From positions 243,724,001-243,788,000 of the forward strand of contig NC_086097.1 of the NCBI RefSeq assembly GCF_963921235.1: a stretch of 64,000 bases of DNA, written 5' to 3'. This stretch comes from Mobula hypostoma (Eukaryota). Under the pieces are notes generated by a model. That model had not been told where the DNA came from. It did no database searches and worked only from the letters and a program-made list of their open reading frames with translations. Position numbers and translations under genes: made by a program. Each line of letters starts with the position of its first letter. The first letter of the stretch is position 1. Shown here piece after piece: positions 61,873 to 64,000 of this stretch.

Positions 61873-64000
61873 TAAACACAAAATACTCTGCAGATGCTGG
61901 GGTCAAAGCAACACTCGCAACATGCTGGAGGAACTCAGCAGGTCAGGCAGCATCTGTGGAAACGAACAGTCAACGTTTCGGGCCGGAACCCTTCGTCGAG
62001 ACTGAAGAGGGAATAGGCAGAGGCCCTATAAAGAAGGTGAGGGGAGGGTGGGAAGGAGAAGGCTGGTAGGTGCCAGTTGAAAAACCAGTAAGGGGAAAGA
62101 TCAAGAGGTGGAGGAGGGGATAGGCAGGAAAGGTAAAAAAAGGAATAGGAGAAAGCATAATGGGTAGTAGAAGGAGGTGGAACCATGAGGGAAGTGTTAG
62201 GCAGCTGGGGGAGGGGCAGTGTGAAACTGGGATGGGGGAAGGGAGGGGGAGGGAATTACCAGAAGTTGGAGAATTCAATGTTCGACCCTTCTCCTCCTCC
62301 TGGACACCCCGCCCGGGTCTTCTACCTGCACTCAATCTCTCCATCTCGAACTGTCGCCAAGACATCAACCGTCTCAACTTCACAACTCCTCTCTGCTGTT
62401 CCAACCTCACTCCCTCTGAATGCACTGCCCTCCACTCTCTCCGCACTAATCCCAACCTCACCATCAAACCCTCTGACAAAGGTGGTGCCGTAGTAGTCTG
62501 GCGGGCGGACAGACAGCTACCTCACTGGGGCCAAACAGCAGCTCTCTGACACCTCCTCTTACTTACCCCTGGAACAGGACCCCACCAAAAAACGTCAAAC
62601 GATTGTCTCCTGTACTATCACCACCCTTTTCAACTCCAGAGACCTTCCATCCTCAGCCACTAAACTCATAATCCCCACACCCCGTACTGCTCGGTTTTAC
62701 CTCCTCCCCAAGATCCACAAGCCTGACTGTCCTGGTAGATCCATAGTTTCTGCCTGCTCCTGTTCCACCGAACTTGTATCTGCCTACCTGGACTCCATTT
62801 TGTCACCCATAGTTCAGTCTCTCTCCACCTACATCCGGGATACATCCCATGCCCTCCACATCTTCAATAACTTCCAGTTCCCCGGTCCTAACCGCTTCAT
62901 TTTCACTATGGATGCCCAGTCTTTATACACCTCCATTCCCCATCTAGAAGGCCTCAATGCCCTCCGCTACTTTCTGGACAATAGACTTCACCAGCTCCCC
63001 ACCAACAGCACTCTCCTCCAGTTGGCGGAACTGGTATTCACACTTAATAACTTCTCTTTTGGCTCTTTCCACTTTCTTCAGACCAAAGGTGTAGCTATGG
63101 GAACTCGCATGGGCCCCAGCTATTCCTGCCTCTTCGTTGGTTATGTGGAACAGTCTATGCTGCAAACCTATACTGGTACTGCTCCCCAACTTTTCCTTTG
63201 TTACATTGACGACTACATTGGTGCTGCTTCCTGCACCCATGCTGAGCTCGTCAATTTCATCGACTTTACTTCAAACTTCCACCCAGCCCTCAAATTCACT
63301 GGGTCTATCTCGGACATTTCTCTCCCCTTTCTCAATCTCTTGGTCTCTATCTCTGGAGACAGACTGTCCACTGACATCATTTATAAGCCCACTGACACTC
63401 ATAACTACTTCAACTATACCTCTTCCCACCCTGCAACATGCAAAAATGCCGGTCCCTATTCCCAGTTCCTCTGTCTCCGCCGCATCTGTTCCCAGGATGA
63501 GGCTTTCCATTCCAGGACATCTCAAATGTGCTCTTTCTTTAAGGATTGTGGTCTCCATTCTACGGTGATCAGTGATGCCCTCACCCGCATCTCCTCCATT
63601 TCCCGCACTTCAGCCCTCACCCCATCCTCCCGCCACCACAACAGTGACGGAGTTCCCCTTGTCCTCACCTACCACCTCACCAGCCTCCCGATCCAGCACA
63701 TTATCCTCCGCAACTTCTGCCACCTTCTACAGGACTCCACCACTAAGCACATCTTTCCCTCTCCACCCCTCGCCGCCTTCCACAGGGATCGGTCCCTCCG
63801 CGACTCCGTGATCCACACGTCCCTCCCCACGGATCTCCCACCTGGCACTTATCCCTGTAAGCGTAAGTGCTACCCCTGTCCCTACACCTCCCCTCTTGCC
63901 ACCATTCAGGGCCCCAAACAGTCCTTCCAGGTGAGGCAACACTTCACTTGTTGGAGTCATCTATTGCATCCGGTGCTCCCGGTGCGGCCTCCTCTACATC
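61873..64000 (+). mobile_element. Penelope-like element: inverted terminal repeat (61873-62280) then decayed RT and start of GIY-YIG endonuclease, runs off the window
   Basis: IKPSDKGGAVVV; FYLLPKIHK; FTMDAQSLYTSIP; GVAMGTRMGPSYSCLF; YIDD; YKPTD; end of window ..HFTC..VIYCIRCSRCGLLYI. Confidence 0.95.

Overview
Vertebrate nuclear DNA made almost entirely of nested, decayed transposable elements. The repeat spectrum (HE1/V-SINEs, abundant CR1 LINEs, Penelope-like elements, Rex1/Babar tails) suggests a cartilaginous fish, probably a ray; this is an inference, not a database result. I recognise no intact host protein-coding gene, tRNA, rRNA or CRISPR array, so the window is most likely a large intron or intergenic DNA. 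Identifiable content: many CR1 ORF2 fragments, a near full-length decayed R4/Dong-clade (restriction-like endonuclease) retrotransposon (11364-15303, minus), a Penelope-like element with RT and the start of GIY-YIG running off the right edge (61873-64000), many short Penelope terminal-repeat copies carrying a minimal hammerhead-ribozyme motif (several as self-complementary mini-elements), Rex1/Babar, L2, RTE and Gypsy remnants, three SINE-type families besides V-SINE, Tigger/Tc1/Harbinger DNA-transposon derivatives, an 18-bp minisatellite, and several unique islands that may hold conserved non-coding elements or small exons. The most interesting signals are the dispersed hammerhead-bearing palindromic mini-elements, a Tc1-TIR-bounded composite present as an inverted pair, and CR1 chimera/inversion junctions. 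I do not see evidence for a clearly new biological system. Boundaries are read by eye and are approximate unless a TSD or TIR is quoted.
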